64,000 nucleotides of DNA from an uncultured Verrucomicrobiota bacterium (lineage in GTDB: Bacteria; Verrucomicrobiota; Verrucomicrobiia; Palsa-1439). Shown here in pieces: positions 29,093 to 38,155 of the stretch (within the stretch, counting starts at the first letter, position 1; each line of letters begins with the position of its first letter). The DNA is taken from NCBI GenBank assembly GCA_903825435.1, contig CAIKAP010000097.1, positions 10,547 to 74,546 of the forward strand, read 5' to 3'. The notes below the pieces were generated by a model. It had not been told where the DNA came from. It searched no databases and worked only from the letters and a program-made list of their open reading frames with translations. The position numbers and the translations under genes were made by a program.

Positions 29093-31077
29093 GCCAGAGC
29101 TTGCTACCTCAGAATTTAGCTCGACGGGCCACCGTGCTTGCCATGGGACTGGCGGTGTTCGTTTGCTGCACGAGCCGTGCGGACGAAGCTCCTGCAGCGG
29201 ACCACCGGCTTGCGGCTGCCTATCGGAGTTGCCATTTCAGTCAGCAGTATCCGCCCGAAGCTGTCAAGGAGATTCAGGACAAACTCCAGAATGTACCCCG
29301 TGCCGTGGATGTGCTGGCACAACTGGCAAAAGACTCCCGACATGAGATTCGTTTGTTGACGATCTTGTTGCTGGCTGAGTTGGGTGATCCGTACGGCGCC
29401 AAGCTCTTGTGGCTCCTGTTGCAGGACGATGTCGATTCGGTGCGAATGGCAGCTTCCGGTGGGCTTGTTCAACTGCGAAAGCGCATTGTCGTGCCGGGGG
29501 ATTTGACGGCAATTAAAGACCATCGCCCAGAAGTTCGACGTCTGACTGTTGCAACACTCGGGAAGTTCGGCGACAAGAACCAAGAATCAACTTTGATTGC
29601 CTGTCTGGAAGATGAAAACGAGATGGTTCGGGCAGAGGCAGTCAGGGTACTCGTAGACTTCAGCAGCAAAGCCGTCGAGCAAGCATTACTTCGCAGGTTA
29701 CAGGATCAGAGTGCGGATGTGCGCTGGATTACCGCAAAGGCATTGGGTGGCTATGTGGGTACGGAATATAATCAACAGGCAATTAGTGGTTTGGAATCCG
29801 TTCTCAAGGATCCTGACTGGCATGTGCGCGCAGCGGCAATCTTATCGCTTGGAGGACACACCAGTCCGGTTGTTAATCAAGAGAAATTTGTTATTGCTAT
29901 CATTACTGTATTGGAATCTGAAGATTTTGCTTTAGTACGCGACCGTGCTGCCGATGCGCTCGCATTCACCAAGGCTAGTCAGATGACGGATGCCTTGGTT
30001 CGGGCACTTGTTTCGGACGACCATAGCGTCCGTTTTCATGCGGCTAGGGCCATGATCACAGGCCACTGCGTGGCAGTTCTGCCGCAGTTGATGAAATACA
30101 GCACAAACTCCAATGCCGAAGTCCGCGAACGGATCATGGGAGTCTTTGGTGCCATAGGCGGCTCCGACCAACTACCGTTGGTCGGAGAAGCCACCAATGA
30201 TGAGAACTCTCTCGTGCGTCTGGCTGCCGTGGACGCCTTACAGAAGATTGGCGCGCGCACCGGTGGGGCAACCTTGTTGCAGAAACTCAGTGACACCGAC
30301 CCACATGTTCGCGCTGCTGTGGCACGCGCTCTCGGTCACTCTGGCGACAAGACTGTCGTGCCTAAGTTGCTTCCCTTGCTGCATGATTCTAAGGGCTACG
30401 TCCGCAGCGCTGCAGCGGAAGCCCTCGGCAAACTGGGTGACCGCTCCGCCGTGCCCGCCCTGATCGCGCTGTTGGCGGGTATCGAAACTGCCCCTGGAGA
30501 TGATTCTGGCCTCGTCGTGAAAACTCAAAACGACCTCCTCGCCGACAAACTCAAATTTACCGAGGTCGAACAGAAAACTGCTGTCGCCATTGCTTTGGGT
30601 GAACTGCGCGCCAACGATGGCGTGGATTCGCTGATCAAGCACGGCTTGAAATCCGACGACCTCAGCCTCCAGGCTGCAGCCGCCTACTCCCTTGGCCATA
30701 TCGGCGACCGCCGCGCTGTCAATCCCTTGCAGGACACTGTGCGGACCTACTACGACGTGCTTGCCCGAATGGACCCATCCGGTTTTGTCATCGACGATGG
30801 CAAAACTCGCGCCACCGATACCAAACGGCGCGACCGCGAGAAAGAGGCTCGCGTCCGCGCTGCCGTCGTTTGGGCGTTGGGGCAGATCGGCGATCCCGCT
30901 GCCCAGCAGATGCTTAAACGGGCCCGAGATGACGACAACAGCCTCGTGCGCGACAACGCCGAGGAAGCCATCTCCAAGTGCCAAGAACGACAAGAACGCG
31001 AACAACAGCAGGTTAATGAGGTGAGCGTGCCGTCCCAGGACAAATCCCGTTCGGCGACTGCCGCACAAACTCCATAA
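29089..31077 (+). CDS. HEAT/PBS-lyase repeat protein with probable signal peptide
   Basis: Numerous L-x-D-x-x-x-x-VR-x-x-A-x-x-AL-G repeats; hydrophobic N-terminus ending ..TSRA. Confidence 0.85.
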   Translation: MSQSLLPQNLARRATVLAMGLAVFVCCTSRADEAPAADHRLAAAYRSCHFSQQYPPEAVKEIQDKLQNVPRAVDVLAQLAKDSRHEIRLLTILLLAELGDPYGAKLLWLLLQDDVDSVRMAASGGLVQLRKRIVVPGDLTAIKDHRPEVRRLTVATLGKFGDKNQESTLIACLEDENEMVRAEAVRVLVDFSSKAVEQALLRRLQDQSADVRWITAKALGGYVGTEYNQQAISGLESVLKDPDWHVRAAAILSLGGHTSPVVNQEKFVIAIITVLESEDFALVRDRAADALAFTKASQMTDALVRALVSDDHSVRFHAARAMITGHCVAVLPQLMKYSTNSNAEVRERIMGVFGAIGGSDQLPLVGEATNDENSLVRLAAVDALQKIGARTGGATLLQKLSDTDPHVRAAVARALGHSGDKTVVPKLLPLLHDSKGYVRSAAAEALGKLGDRSAVPALIALLAGIETAPGDDSGLVVKTQNDLLADKLKFTEVEQKTAVAIALGELRANDGVDSLIKHGLKSDDLSLQAAAAYSLGHIGDRRAVNPLQDTVRTYYDVLARMDPSGFVIDDGKTRATDTKRRDREKEARVRAAVVWALGQIGDPAAQQMLKRARDDDNSLVRDNAEEAISKCQERQEREQQQVNEVSVPSQDKSRSATAAQTP

Positions 31078-31807
31078 ACTCCTTCGCTTCGGATGTCGTG
31101 AACGTCCCCTCCCGCGATGCCTCCGTCAGTGCCTGTGTCCCATTCATCCCTGAGTGGTAAAACAGGCGGAATAGTTTCTTGAGTTCCGCAATAGCCGACG
31201 GTCCGATGCCAGCGCGTTTCAAGCCGACCACATTCAGTGCGTGTATCTCATTGCGTTCCGCCGCTAGCGTGAACGGTGGCACGTCCATCGAGACCCTCGC
31301 ACCGCCGGAAAACATCGCCAGTCGGCCGATGTGCGTGAACTGGTGAAGTAGCACGCAGCCCGATAGAAACGCACGGTCACCTACGTGGACGTAGCCCGCG
31401 ACTAGGGCCCCGTTGCAGATGATGACTTGGTTGCCGATGACGCTGTTGTGTCCGACATGCGCTGACGCCATCAGGAAACAATCATTCCCGATGATCGTTG
31501 CGCTCTCGGGGTCCGTCGCACGGTGCACCGTGCAGTACTCGCGGAAAATGTTGCGGTCGCCGACACGCAGAAAACTGCGCGTGGCTGGATTGAACTTCAG
31601 GTCCTGCGGCTCGTGGCCCAGCACGGCGCCCACGTGGATCTGGTTGTTCCGCCCGATCTCCGTGTGGCCGGTGATGAATGCGTGCGCCATCACGCGAGTA
31701 CCAGCGCCGATGCGCACGTTGTCCTCGATGACCGCGTACGGTCCCACCTCCACGGTCGGATCAAGGTCCGCTTGCGGACTCACAATCGCTGTCGGATGAA
31801 TAGCCAT
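31013..31807 (-). CDS. lpxA: Acyl-ACP--UDP-N-acetylglucosamine O-acyltransferase
   Basis: IHPTAIV, EPQDLKF, REYCTVHRAT, HVGHN, HQFTHIG, DVPPF, LNVVGLKR. Confidence 0.93.
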   Translation of the reverse strand: MAIHPTAIVSPQADLDPTVEVGPYAVIEDNVRIGAGTRVMAHAFITGHTEIGRNNQIHVGAVLGHEPQDLKFNPATRSFLRVGDRNIFREYCTVHRATDPESATIIGNDCFLMASAHVGHNSVIGNQVIICNGALVAGYVHVGDRAFLSGCVLLHQFTHIGRLAMFSGGARVSMDVPPFTLAAERNEIHALNVVGLKRAGIGPSAIAELKKLFRLFYHSGMNGTQALTEASREGTFTTSEAKEFMEFVRQSPNGICPGTARSPH

Positions 31808-31846
31808 ATCCTATTTATACCCGGCCCATTGCCGGTTTGCACGTCT

Positions 31847-32968
31847 TCAATGGCCGAACCGTTTCTCCCACGCATCCATGCCGCCGGCAAGGTTCTTCAG
31901 GCGTGTGTAGCCCTGTTCGCGCAGAAACTTTAACGCCCGCGCGCTACGCCCGCCGGCTTTGCAGTGCAGCACCACCAGCTTGTCCTTCGGTAACTCTCCG
32001 AACCGCTGAGGCAGCTCCGTCAGCGGCAACTTCACGCTGCCGGTAATCTCGTTGATGGCAAACTCGTCGGGATCGCGCACATCCACGAGGACGAAGTCCT
32101 CCTTTCGCTCGCGCATTGTCTTTAATTGTTCAACGCTGATATCGTCGGGGGAACAACTCATAATGATCTCCTTCAGTTCTGTAATCGTCGGGTTTCGTCC
32201 GCACAGCGGGCAGTTCGGGTCGTGCGGAATACGGTGTTCGCGGAAGCTCATCGCCAGCGCGTTGAACCGCAACAGCCGATCCAATAGCGGTTTACCTTGG
32301 CCGAGGATGAGTTTGATCGCCTCCGTCGCCTGGATGCTACCGATGACCCCGCAAAGCACTCCGAGCACCCCCGCCTCCGCGCAACCCGGCACCGCCCCCG
32401 GTGGCGGCGGCTCCGGATACCAACAGCGGTAACACGGTCCGCCAAGATGCGGCGCGAACACGCTCGCCATCCCCTCAAACCGGTAAATCGAGCCGTACAC
32501 ATTCGGCCTCCGCAACAGCGCACAGGCGTCGTTTACCAGGTAACGCGTTGGAAAATTGTCCGTCCCGTCCACCACCACGTCGTAACCGCCGAGAATCTCC
32601 AGCGCATTCGACGCGCCTAGGCGGACAGGGTGGGGGACGAAACGCACGCCCGGATTGATTGCCGCCAGTTTCTCTCCGGCGCTCTGGAGTTTCGGCTTGC
32701 CGACATCGGACGTGAAATGCAGAAGCTGCCGCTGGAGATTGCTGAAATCCACCACATCGAAATCCACCATCCCGATTGTCCCCACACCGGCAGCTGTCAG
32801 GTACAACGCCACCGGCGACCCCAACCCGCCCGCGCCGACCAGCAACACCTTCGCCGCCTTCAACCGCTCCTGGCCTTCCCGTCCGACCTCCGACAACAAT
32901 AGATGCCGGGCGTACCGGCGAAGTTCCTCGTCAGTCAATGGCAGACGGTTGGGCACAACAGGTTGCAT
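31847..32968 (-). CDS. moeB: MoeB/MoeZ adenylyltransferase with C-terminal rhodanese domain
   Basis: RYARH, GAGGLGS, SNLQRQ, PCYRC, DPNCPLCG, DVRDPDEF, HCKAGGRS. Confidence 0.93.
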   Translation of the reverse strand: MQPVVPNRLPLTDEELRRYARHLLLSEVGREGQERLKAAKVLLVGAGGLGSPVALYLTAAGVGTIGMVDFDVVDFSNLQRQLLHFTSDVGKPKLQSAGEKLAAINPGVRFVPHPVRLGASNALEILGGYDVVVDGTDNFPTRYLVNDACALLRRPNVYGSIYRFEGMASVFAPHLGGPCYRCWYPEPPPPGAVPGCAEAGVLGVLCGVIGSIQATEAIKLILGQGKPLLDRLLRFNALAMSFREHRIPHDPNCPLCGRNPTITELKEIIMSCSPDDISVEQLKTMRERKEDFVLVDVRDPDEFAINEITGSVKLPLTELPQRFGELPKDKLVVLHCKAGGRSARALKFLREQGYTRLKNLAGGMDAWEKRFGH

Positions 32969-32979
32969 GGCATTTGGGC

Positions 32980-33055
32980 TGGTGGAGGTGAGGGGACTCG
33001 AACCCCTTACCTCCTCGTTGCGAACGAGGCGCTCTACCAAATGAGCTACACCCCC
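32980..33055 (-). tRNA. tRNA-Ala (anticodon CGC), CCA encoded
   Basis: 76-nt GGGGGTGTAGCTCATTTGGTAGAGCG-CCTCG-TT-CGC-AA-CGAGG...GGTTCGAGTCCCCTCACCTCCACCA; G3:U70 alanine identity pair. Confidence 0.97.
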
Positions 33056-33127
33056 AGCAAAACAACGCATTTTACTGTCTTGACCTTTTCCCGTCAACGC
33101 TTCACTTTGTCAGCCGTTTCAACTGCC

Positions 33128-34606
33128 ATGACTACCCCGACACCCGACAACCAATCTTTGCCACTGGACGAACTCAACATCGTACCGGAGTGGCTCAAGT
33201 CCCTACCGAAATCCTACGAGCACCACGCCGGCGAGGCACCTGACCGCCGCGATCGAGGCGACCGCGACCGCCGTCCGCCGCGACCGCAAGGTGATCGTCC
33301 CCCACGTCGTGAAGGTGGCGGCCTGCCGCGCCGCGAAGGGCCTCGCCCAATGGAACGCCGAGCGGCTCCGCCCATCGAGCGCCGTCCGCCTCCGCCAGCG
33401 CCCATCGAGATCAGTTTCCTGCCCGAAGAAAAGGGCCTCGCCGCGATGATCGAGACGATGAAACATTCGCCCCGCGCCTACGCGCTCTTCGACGTCGCCA
33501 AGCTCATCCTTAACAAACCCGAACGCCACCTCGTCAAGCTCGCCCTCAAGCCCGGCACCGACGGCACGCGTGCCCCGCTGTTCCTCGCCGTCGCTGACGA
33601 GACAGTCTTCCAGAGCCAGAACGAAGCATTGCGCCACGTTTTCCGCCAGCACGCCGACAAGCTTTGCCGGCAGGAAAAGAAGCCGTGCGACCCGCCAAAA
33701 GGCAACTTCACTTGCGTCAATCGCTGCGGCATCACCGGCGAAATCTTCGGTCCACCAAACTACCACGAGTACCAGACCACCATTGTCCGTTTCCACCAGC
33801 GTCGGCTCCGCCACATGCAGTTCGACGAGTTCAAGTCCCGCATCCAGACCAGCCAGAACCCCGACGCCGTCAAACAGTGGCTCGAGTCTAGAAGCAGCGT
33901 CACCGAGTTCACCTGCCTCCAGTGCACCGAGCCGAAACCGCTCGCTACGCGCGAGGAACTCGAAAAACATATTACCGAGACGCACCTTGCCCAGCTTGTC
34001 ACCAGCGCGCCCGAACTTCAGATCCACGGCGTTGCCAGCCGCCAACAACCGTGGGCCGGGCTGAGCGAAGCGGTGCGCATCGCCTGGGTCAGTGAGTGGC
34101 GGTTCCCGTTGCGCACCGCGCAAACACTCAGCGACCGGCTCCGCCCCGAAGGCTTCCACTTCTTCAAGCACCGCAAAGGCGCTACCTACGTCAGCCACAT
34201 CCGGCCCAAACGCGTTGAGAGCCTCGACGGCCTCAGCGACCAGATCCAGAAAATCATCACCTTCCTCCGCTCGCATCCCGACAGCGTCCGCAAACAACTC
34301 GCCGAGAACCTACAGATTACCGATCCCGACCGGCTACTCGCCGACCTCCACTGGCTCATCACCGAAGGCAGCGTTGTCGAATTCTCCGATGGCCGACTCT
34401 GGGCGCTGGAGAACAAACCGCCCGTCGAAGCCAAACCAGAACCCGCGCCCAAGCGATCGAAGTCAACCCAAGCGACGCCCGCCGAAACCGAGCCAGCGCC
34501 GTGTTCCGTAAATGTTCCGGAGACGCCAACGGACGTACCGGCTGCGCCTGTCGAGCCGACGCCACCGGAAGCCGTTGTTCCTCCGCCCAATGAACCCGGC
34601 GTTTGA
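33128..34606 (+). CDS. Conserved hypothetical protein (Arg/Pro-rich N-terminus, possible C2H2 site, Pro-rich tail)
   Basis: 492-aa ORF with codon usage like neighbouring genes; overlaps the downstream rluA-family gene. Confidence 0.75.
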   Translation: MTTPTPDNQSLPLDELNIVPEWLKSLPKSYEHHAGEAPDRRDRGDRDRRPPRPQGDRPPRREGGGLPRREGPRPMERRAAPPIERRPPPPAPIEISFLPEEKGLAAMIETMKHSPRAYALFDVAKLILNKPERHLVKLALKPGTDGTRAPLFLAVADETVFQSQNEALRHVFRQHADKLCRQEKKPCDPPKGNFTCVNRCGITGEIFGPPNYHEYQTTIVRFHQRRLRHMQFDEFKSRIQTSQNPDAVKQWLESRSSVTEFTCLQCTEPKPLATREELEKHITETHLAQLVTSAPELQIHGVASRQQPWAGLSEAVRIAWVSEWRFPLRTAQTLSDRLRPEGFHFFKHRKGATYVSHIRPKRVESLDGLSDQIQKIITFLRSHPDSVRKQLAENLQITDPDRLLADLHWLITEGSVVEFSDGRLWALENKPPVEAKPEPAPKRSKSTQATPAETEPAPCSVNVPETPTDVPAAPVEPTPPEAVVPPPNEPGV

Positions 34607-35294
34607 GATTCTGTTCGAGGATGCCGACCTGCTCGCCGTGGACAAACCGGCAGGCTTGTTGTCCGTATCGGACCGCTGGGACAAGGAGAAGGAGAATCTT
34701 GTCGCGATGTTACAGGCGGAGCGGCCCGGCCAGTATCTCACCAACGTTCACCGGCTCGACCGCAACACGACGGGAGTTTTCCTACTGGCGAAGAACGAGG
34801 AGGCGTTTCGTCGCGTGACGCTCCAGTTTCGTGAGCTCTACCTCGCGCTCGTTCTCGGCGATGTTACGGAACAGGAGCGCGTGATTGATCTGCCGATTGG
34901 GCCGCATCCGAGGCTGCGCGGTTTCTCGCGCATCGACGAGAAGAACGGTAAACCCGCGCGCAGCATCGTGCGCGTGAAGGAACGGTTTCGCGGCTATGCA
35001 CTCGTCGAGGTTGAGATCGAGAGCGGACGACAACACCAAGTCCGTGTGCATTGCCAGCACATCGGTCATCCGCTCGTCGGCGACGCCGATTACGGCGGCA
35101 GGCCGCTGTTGTTGTCGCAGATCAAGCGCAAGTACCGGTTGAAGGAAGGCCGTGAGGAACGCCCGTTGATGGGGCGACCCGCGCTTCACGCCGCGAGCCT
35201 CACGCTGCCGACGCCGCCCGTGACAATCACGTCGCCGTTGCCGAAAGATTTTACCGTCTCGCTAAAATACCTGCGGATGTTCGCGGGGATGTGA
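34590..35294 (+). CDS. RluA-family pseudouridine synthase
   Basis: VDKPAGL, VHRLDRNTTG, GRQHQVRVH, GHPLVGD, ALHA. Confidence 0.92.
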   Translation: MNPAFEILFEDADLLAVDKPAGLLSVSDRWDKEKENLVAMLQAERPGQYLTNVHRLDRNTTGVFLLAKNEEAFRRVTLQFRELYLALVLGDVTEQERVIDLPIGPHPRLRGFSRIDEKNGKPARSIVRVKERFRGYALVEVEIESGRQHQVRVHCQHIGHPLVGDADYGGRPLLLSQIKRKYRLKEGREERPLMGRPALHAASLTLPTPPVTITSPLPKDFTVSLKYLRMFAGM

Positions 35295-35296
35295 CA

Positions 35297-36721
35297 TCAC
35301 GGTTCGAGTCGTTTCAGGCGGACTGCAATGGAATCTTGAAATTCGGGCAGGACGATTTGGAGTTGTTGATCGCGGACGGTTAGTCGGTTCTTGCTGATGG
35401 TTTTGCCGGTGACTGGATTGATGAACTCGATTTGCCAGAAATCACCGGGAACATTTTTCATATTCACGATTTGTCCTGACACCGGTTTCACTGGCCAATC
35501 GGGCGGAACGCAGCGGACATCGCGAAACCATCCTACGCGGGTTTTGTCGTTGCCGAGCATGGCGCGTTTCAATCCGTCGGAGAGCACGCACGGAACCGGC
35601 TCGAAGCCGGTGTAATCAATCTCGCGCACGAACGCGGCGGCGGGAGTGGCGATCTCGTGGTAGTGACGACACAAGTCGGCTTTCTCGAATTGATCGTAGC
35701 CGTCCTGCCACCAGAGCGCGCGACCATTCATCGCGCCGCTTACCAACGCGGCCCAGATGGCGTGTCGGATGCCGACTTCGGCGCGCGGTGCGGCGTCGAG
35801 CGTGTCGTGCGGCGGCGCGGAACTCAGACCGCATTCGCCGATGAGGACCGGCTTGCGGTATTTCTTGAGTCGCTCGCGGATGGTTGAAATAATCAAGTCA
35901 TCGAGTCGGCCTGCGAAAGCTCCATCGGTGTAAGGATGAATCTCGATGAAATCAAGCGCGTCGCTTTTTGAGAGCTTCGGCCATTCGTTGATACCGGCTT
36001 GCGAAGCTGTGACCGGTCGTTTCAACGGGTCCGCTGCTCGTATCACGGCGGCGGCGCGTTCGGTAAACTCGACCGCGTGCTCTTCGGTCACGCCGGTGAC
36101 GAGGTCGAGTTCGGAGAAAATTTCCCAGCCAACAATGGCGCGACGGTGCGACCAGTGTTGGATGAATGTCTCGAGCCGTTTCAGCCAGAGCTTGCGGCAG
36201 GGAGTATCGTTGAAGAGTTCATCGGGACGTTTCGCCGGGCCGCCGCGCGCGGCGTTGAAAGGATTCTTATCCCAGCGATGCCATGTTTCCTTTTTACTGC
36301 CGTCGTTCCAGTTGGCCCAAACGCCGAGGACAGGCAACACAGCGAGTCCGTGTTTCTCAGCGGCATCCAAAACTTCATCCCACGACTTCAGCATCGCGGC
36401 ATCAATCTCACCGGCTTTCTCGGTTGCCGGGCTAAACGTGAAATGAATCCGCACAAATCGTTCGTCCGCCGCCGCGATGTGACGGAAATGTTCGTCGAAC
36501 GCTTTCGGATTCATCCCCACCGGATTACGACCGAGCACAAATGTCGGGCGACCATCCACGCGGAAATAATTCTCGCCGTGACGCAATTCAAACCGTGGTT
36601 CCTTGACGGATTGATTCGCGGACAACGTTGACGAGCTGGCGCAGACGAGCGCCAATCCCGTCAACACGGCAAACCAAGTCAGGCACGCTGCAAAGGGGCG
36701 TCTGCACAAGCTTTTTCGCAC
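35297..36721 (-). CDS. Secreted glycoside hydrolase, clan GH-A (GH5-like)
   Basis: Signal peptide; WEIFSE (acid/base position), EIHPY, KPVLIGECG (nucleophile position). Confidence 0.75.
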   Translation of the reverse strand: MRKSLCRRPFAACLTWFAVLTGLALVCASSSTLSANQSVKEPRFELRHGENYFRVDGRPTFVLGRNPVGMNPKAFDEHFRHIAAADERFVRIHFTFSPATEKAGEIDAAMLKSWDEVLDAAEKHGLAVLPVLGVWANWNDGSKKETWHRWDKNPFNAARGGPAKRPDELFNDTPCRKLWLKRLETFIQHWSHRRAIVGWEIFSELDLVTGVTEEHAVEFTERAAAVIRAADPLKRPVTASQAGINEWPKLSKSDALDFIEIHPYTDGAFAGRLDDLIISTIRERLKKYRKPVLIGECGLSSAPPHDTLDAAPRAEVGIRHAIWAALVSGAMNGRALWWQDGYDQFEKADLCRHYHEIATPAAAFVREIDYTGFEPVPCVLSDGLKRAMLGNDKTRVGWFRDVRCVPPDWPVKPVSGQIVNMKNVPGDFWQIEFINPVTGKTISKNRLTVRDQQLQIVLPEFQDSIAVRLKRLEP

Positions 36722-36734
36722 TTCTCGTAGAGGT

Positions 36735-37013
36735 TCATCGCTTTTGCATCTTCTTGATCAGGGTATCATACTCAGCGTGAGAACCGATCCAGAACCATAT
36801 AGCATTATTGTTTTCAAGAACACATACCGCACGCCAGTGAATCCCAATCCTGACAGAATAGATTGGCTCATGGGAATGGATGCGCTTGAATTGAAGGGAA
36901 GGATGATGCGGATCGGATTGCCACCGGTAGTAAATCCGACGAGCCGACGTGCGCACCGTCTCAGGCAATGCGCGTAACCGCTTTCGGAATTCTTCCGTCG
37001 TCTCAGAAGTCAC
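36735..37013 (-). CDS. RelE/HigB-like toxin
   Basis: HPSLQFKR, YSVRIG..WRA, WFWIGSHAEYD; GTG start overlapping the antitoxin stop. Confidence 0.85.
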   Translation of the reverse strand: MTSETTEEFRKRLRALPETVRTSARRIYYRWQSDPHHPSLQFKRIHSHEPIYSVRIGIHWRAVCVLENNNAIWFWIGSHAEYDTLIKKMQKR

Positions 37014-37224
37014 GGGAAAGATCCATCGCTCTTGTCTTGCCCTTGCGATGTTCGGCAAGCGCATTCCCGGCCAACTCGGCCAGTTCATGTTGCGAGGACT
37101 TGAAGGATTTGTCCCACTGGGCGTCAGCGTCAATCTCGGCCAAGAGTAGGCGCGCGAGCACATTCTGTCTCTTGGCGGGTAACACAGAAACCCTGTTAAT
37201 CGCTTTCTCAAGTAGCGTTGTCAT
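37003..37224 (-). CDS. Putative antitoxin
   Basis: 73 aa, MTTLLEKA..LP...Q..LA...E.....WD..F..S; directly upstream of and overlapping the toxin. Confidence 0.8.
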   Translation of the reverse strand: MTTLLEKAINRVSVLPAKRQNVLARLLLAEIDADAQWDKSFKSSQHELAELAGNALAEHRKGKTRAMDLSRDF

Positions 37225-37301
37225 GCGAGCATTTAACTCCTAAATATCTTGTTGTCCAATCGTTTTCTATTGGCTCTAAACAGGACATGATGGTCACACG
37301 A

Positions 37302-37418
37302 TTGTGCGAAGGCAATCCTGACCTCGCACGCCGCCTGACTGAAGGTCTTCCGTCAGTTACCGGATATGGAGACCTTGCGGTCAAATAACGCGGCGCGGTC
37401 GAGAGACCTGCATCGAAC
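37302..37418. repeat. Degenerate REP-like inverted repeat
   Basis: GACTGAAGGTCTTCC ... GGAGACCTTGCGGTC core with weaker outer symmetry. Confidence 0.45.
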
Positions 37419-37447
37419 ATCGGATTTTACCGTCGCGCTACAATGCC

Positions 37448-37520
37448 TGTGGGAGCGGCATTCTTGCCGCGACCGGTTGCTAATGAATGGCGGAATCGCG
37501 GCAGGAATGCCGCTCCCACA
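37448..37520. repeat. REP doublet (REPIN-like), 25-bp inverted arms
   Basis: TGTGGGAGCGGCATTCTTGCCGCGA (37448-37472) / TCGCGGCAGGAATGCCGCTCCCACA (37496-37520), 1 mismatch. Confidence 0.85.
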
Positions 37521-37544
37521 ATAGCAGTGCCGAAATGCGCCCGA

Positions 37545-37901
37545 TTACTTGCCGGGCTGGCTTGTCTTCTTGCTGGAACCGCGCGGGGCGCGAGAACTGG
37601 TGCGAGTGCCGCCAGCTTGCTCGTACTCGGCGGAATCGGCTCCGAAGACGCCTTTGGCCACGGCACGGAACGCGACGTTGATCCGGTTGGCGATCTTGGC
37701 GTCATCGTCGCGGTTGTCGCGCAGACCGGTCAACTCCTGCTCCTTCTCGGCGACGTCTTCGTTCGCGGCCTGCAAGTCCGCCAGCAATTGGGTGGCTTGG
37801 CGATACCGTGTCTTGTAGATTTTACGGATGTCTTCCTGCATCTGGGCGGAATCGTTGTGTCCTTGGTAGCCTGAAATACCGGGTTGCAACTTGAACCCCA
37901 T
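37545..37901 (-). CDS. Small helical hypothetical protein (FGADSAEYEQAGGTRTS motif); start uncertain
   Basis: Coiled-coil-like middle and a G-x-D-S-x-E-Y-E-x-x-G-G-T-R motif recognised from a widespread uncharacterised family. Confidence 0.6.
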   Translation of the reverse strand: MGFKLQPGISGYQGHNDSAQMQEDIRKIYKTRYRQATQLLADLQAANEDVAEKEQELTGLRDNRDDDAKIANRINVAFRAVAKGVFGADSAEYEQAGGTRTSSRAPRGSSKKTSQPGK

Positions 37902-38073
37902 TCGTTTCGCAGCTTCGGCCAAAACATGATTGACAAGCTTGGATTTGGGTTGAACACGAGTGACAAGAAAATAGAAAAGCGGCTTAGAGTTGTGATACAT
38001 CGGCACATCATCCTTGCCGGCAAGAGTCACGTTGAGTACGTCGGAATTGGATGACTGCCCGGCAACAAATGAA

Positions 38074-38099
38074 GAGGGTCGCGTTTGTACGCGACCCTC
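38074..38099. repeat. Perfect 11-bp-stem hairpin, REP-like or terminator
   Basis: GAGGGTCGCGT-TTGT-ACGCGACCCTC downstream of the RelE/ParE gene. Confidence 0.65.
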
Positions 38100-38155
38100 C
38101 AATATTATTATCTTCTAATTTACAGCGTCGGTTTGTCGGCTTCGTTGCGTCGGCA

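Noticed and set aside
24999..31077. Canonical Zorya or Tol-Pal/TonB system
   Set aside because: No OmpA-domain ZorB, no ZorC/D/E, and no TolA/TolB/Pal/TonB genes, so it is reported as an unclassified system instead
31013..31077. Convergent 3' overlaps (HEAT/lpxA 65 bp, mqnE/ATL 28 bp, PpiD-like/C26 41 bp)
   Set aside because: Short tail-to-tail overlaps in low-complexity termini are common in GC-rich genomes
32980..33055. tRNA as an integration site for an island
   Set aside because: No integrase nearby, no duplicated tRNA 3' end noticed, and the flanking genes are housekeeping
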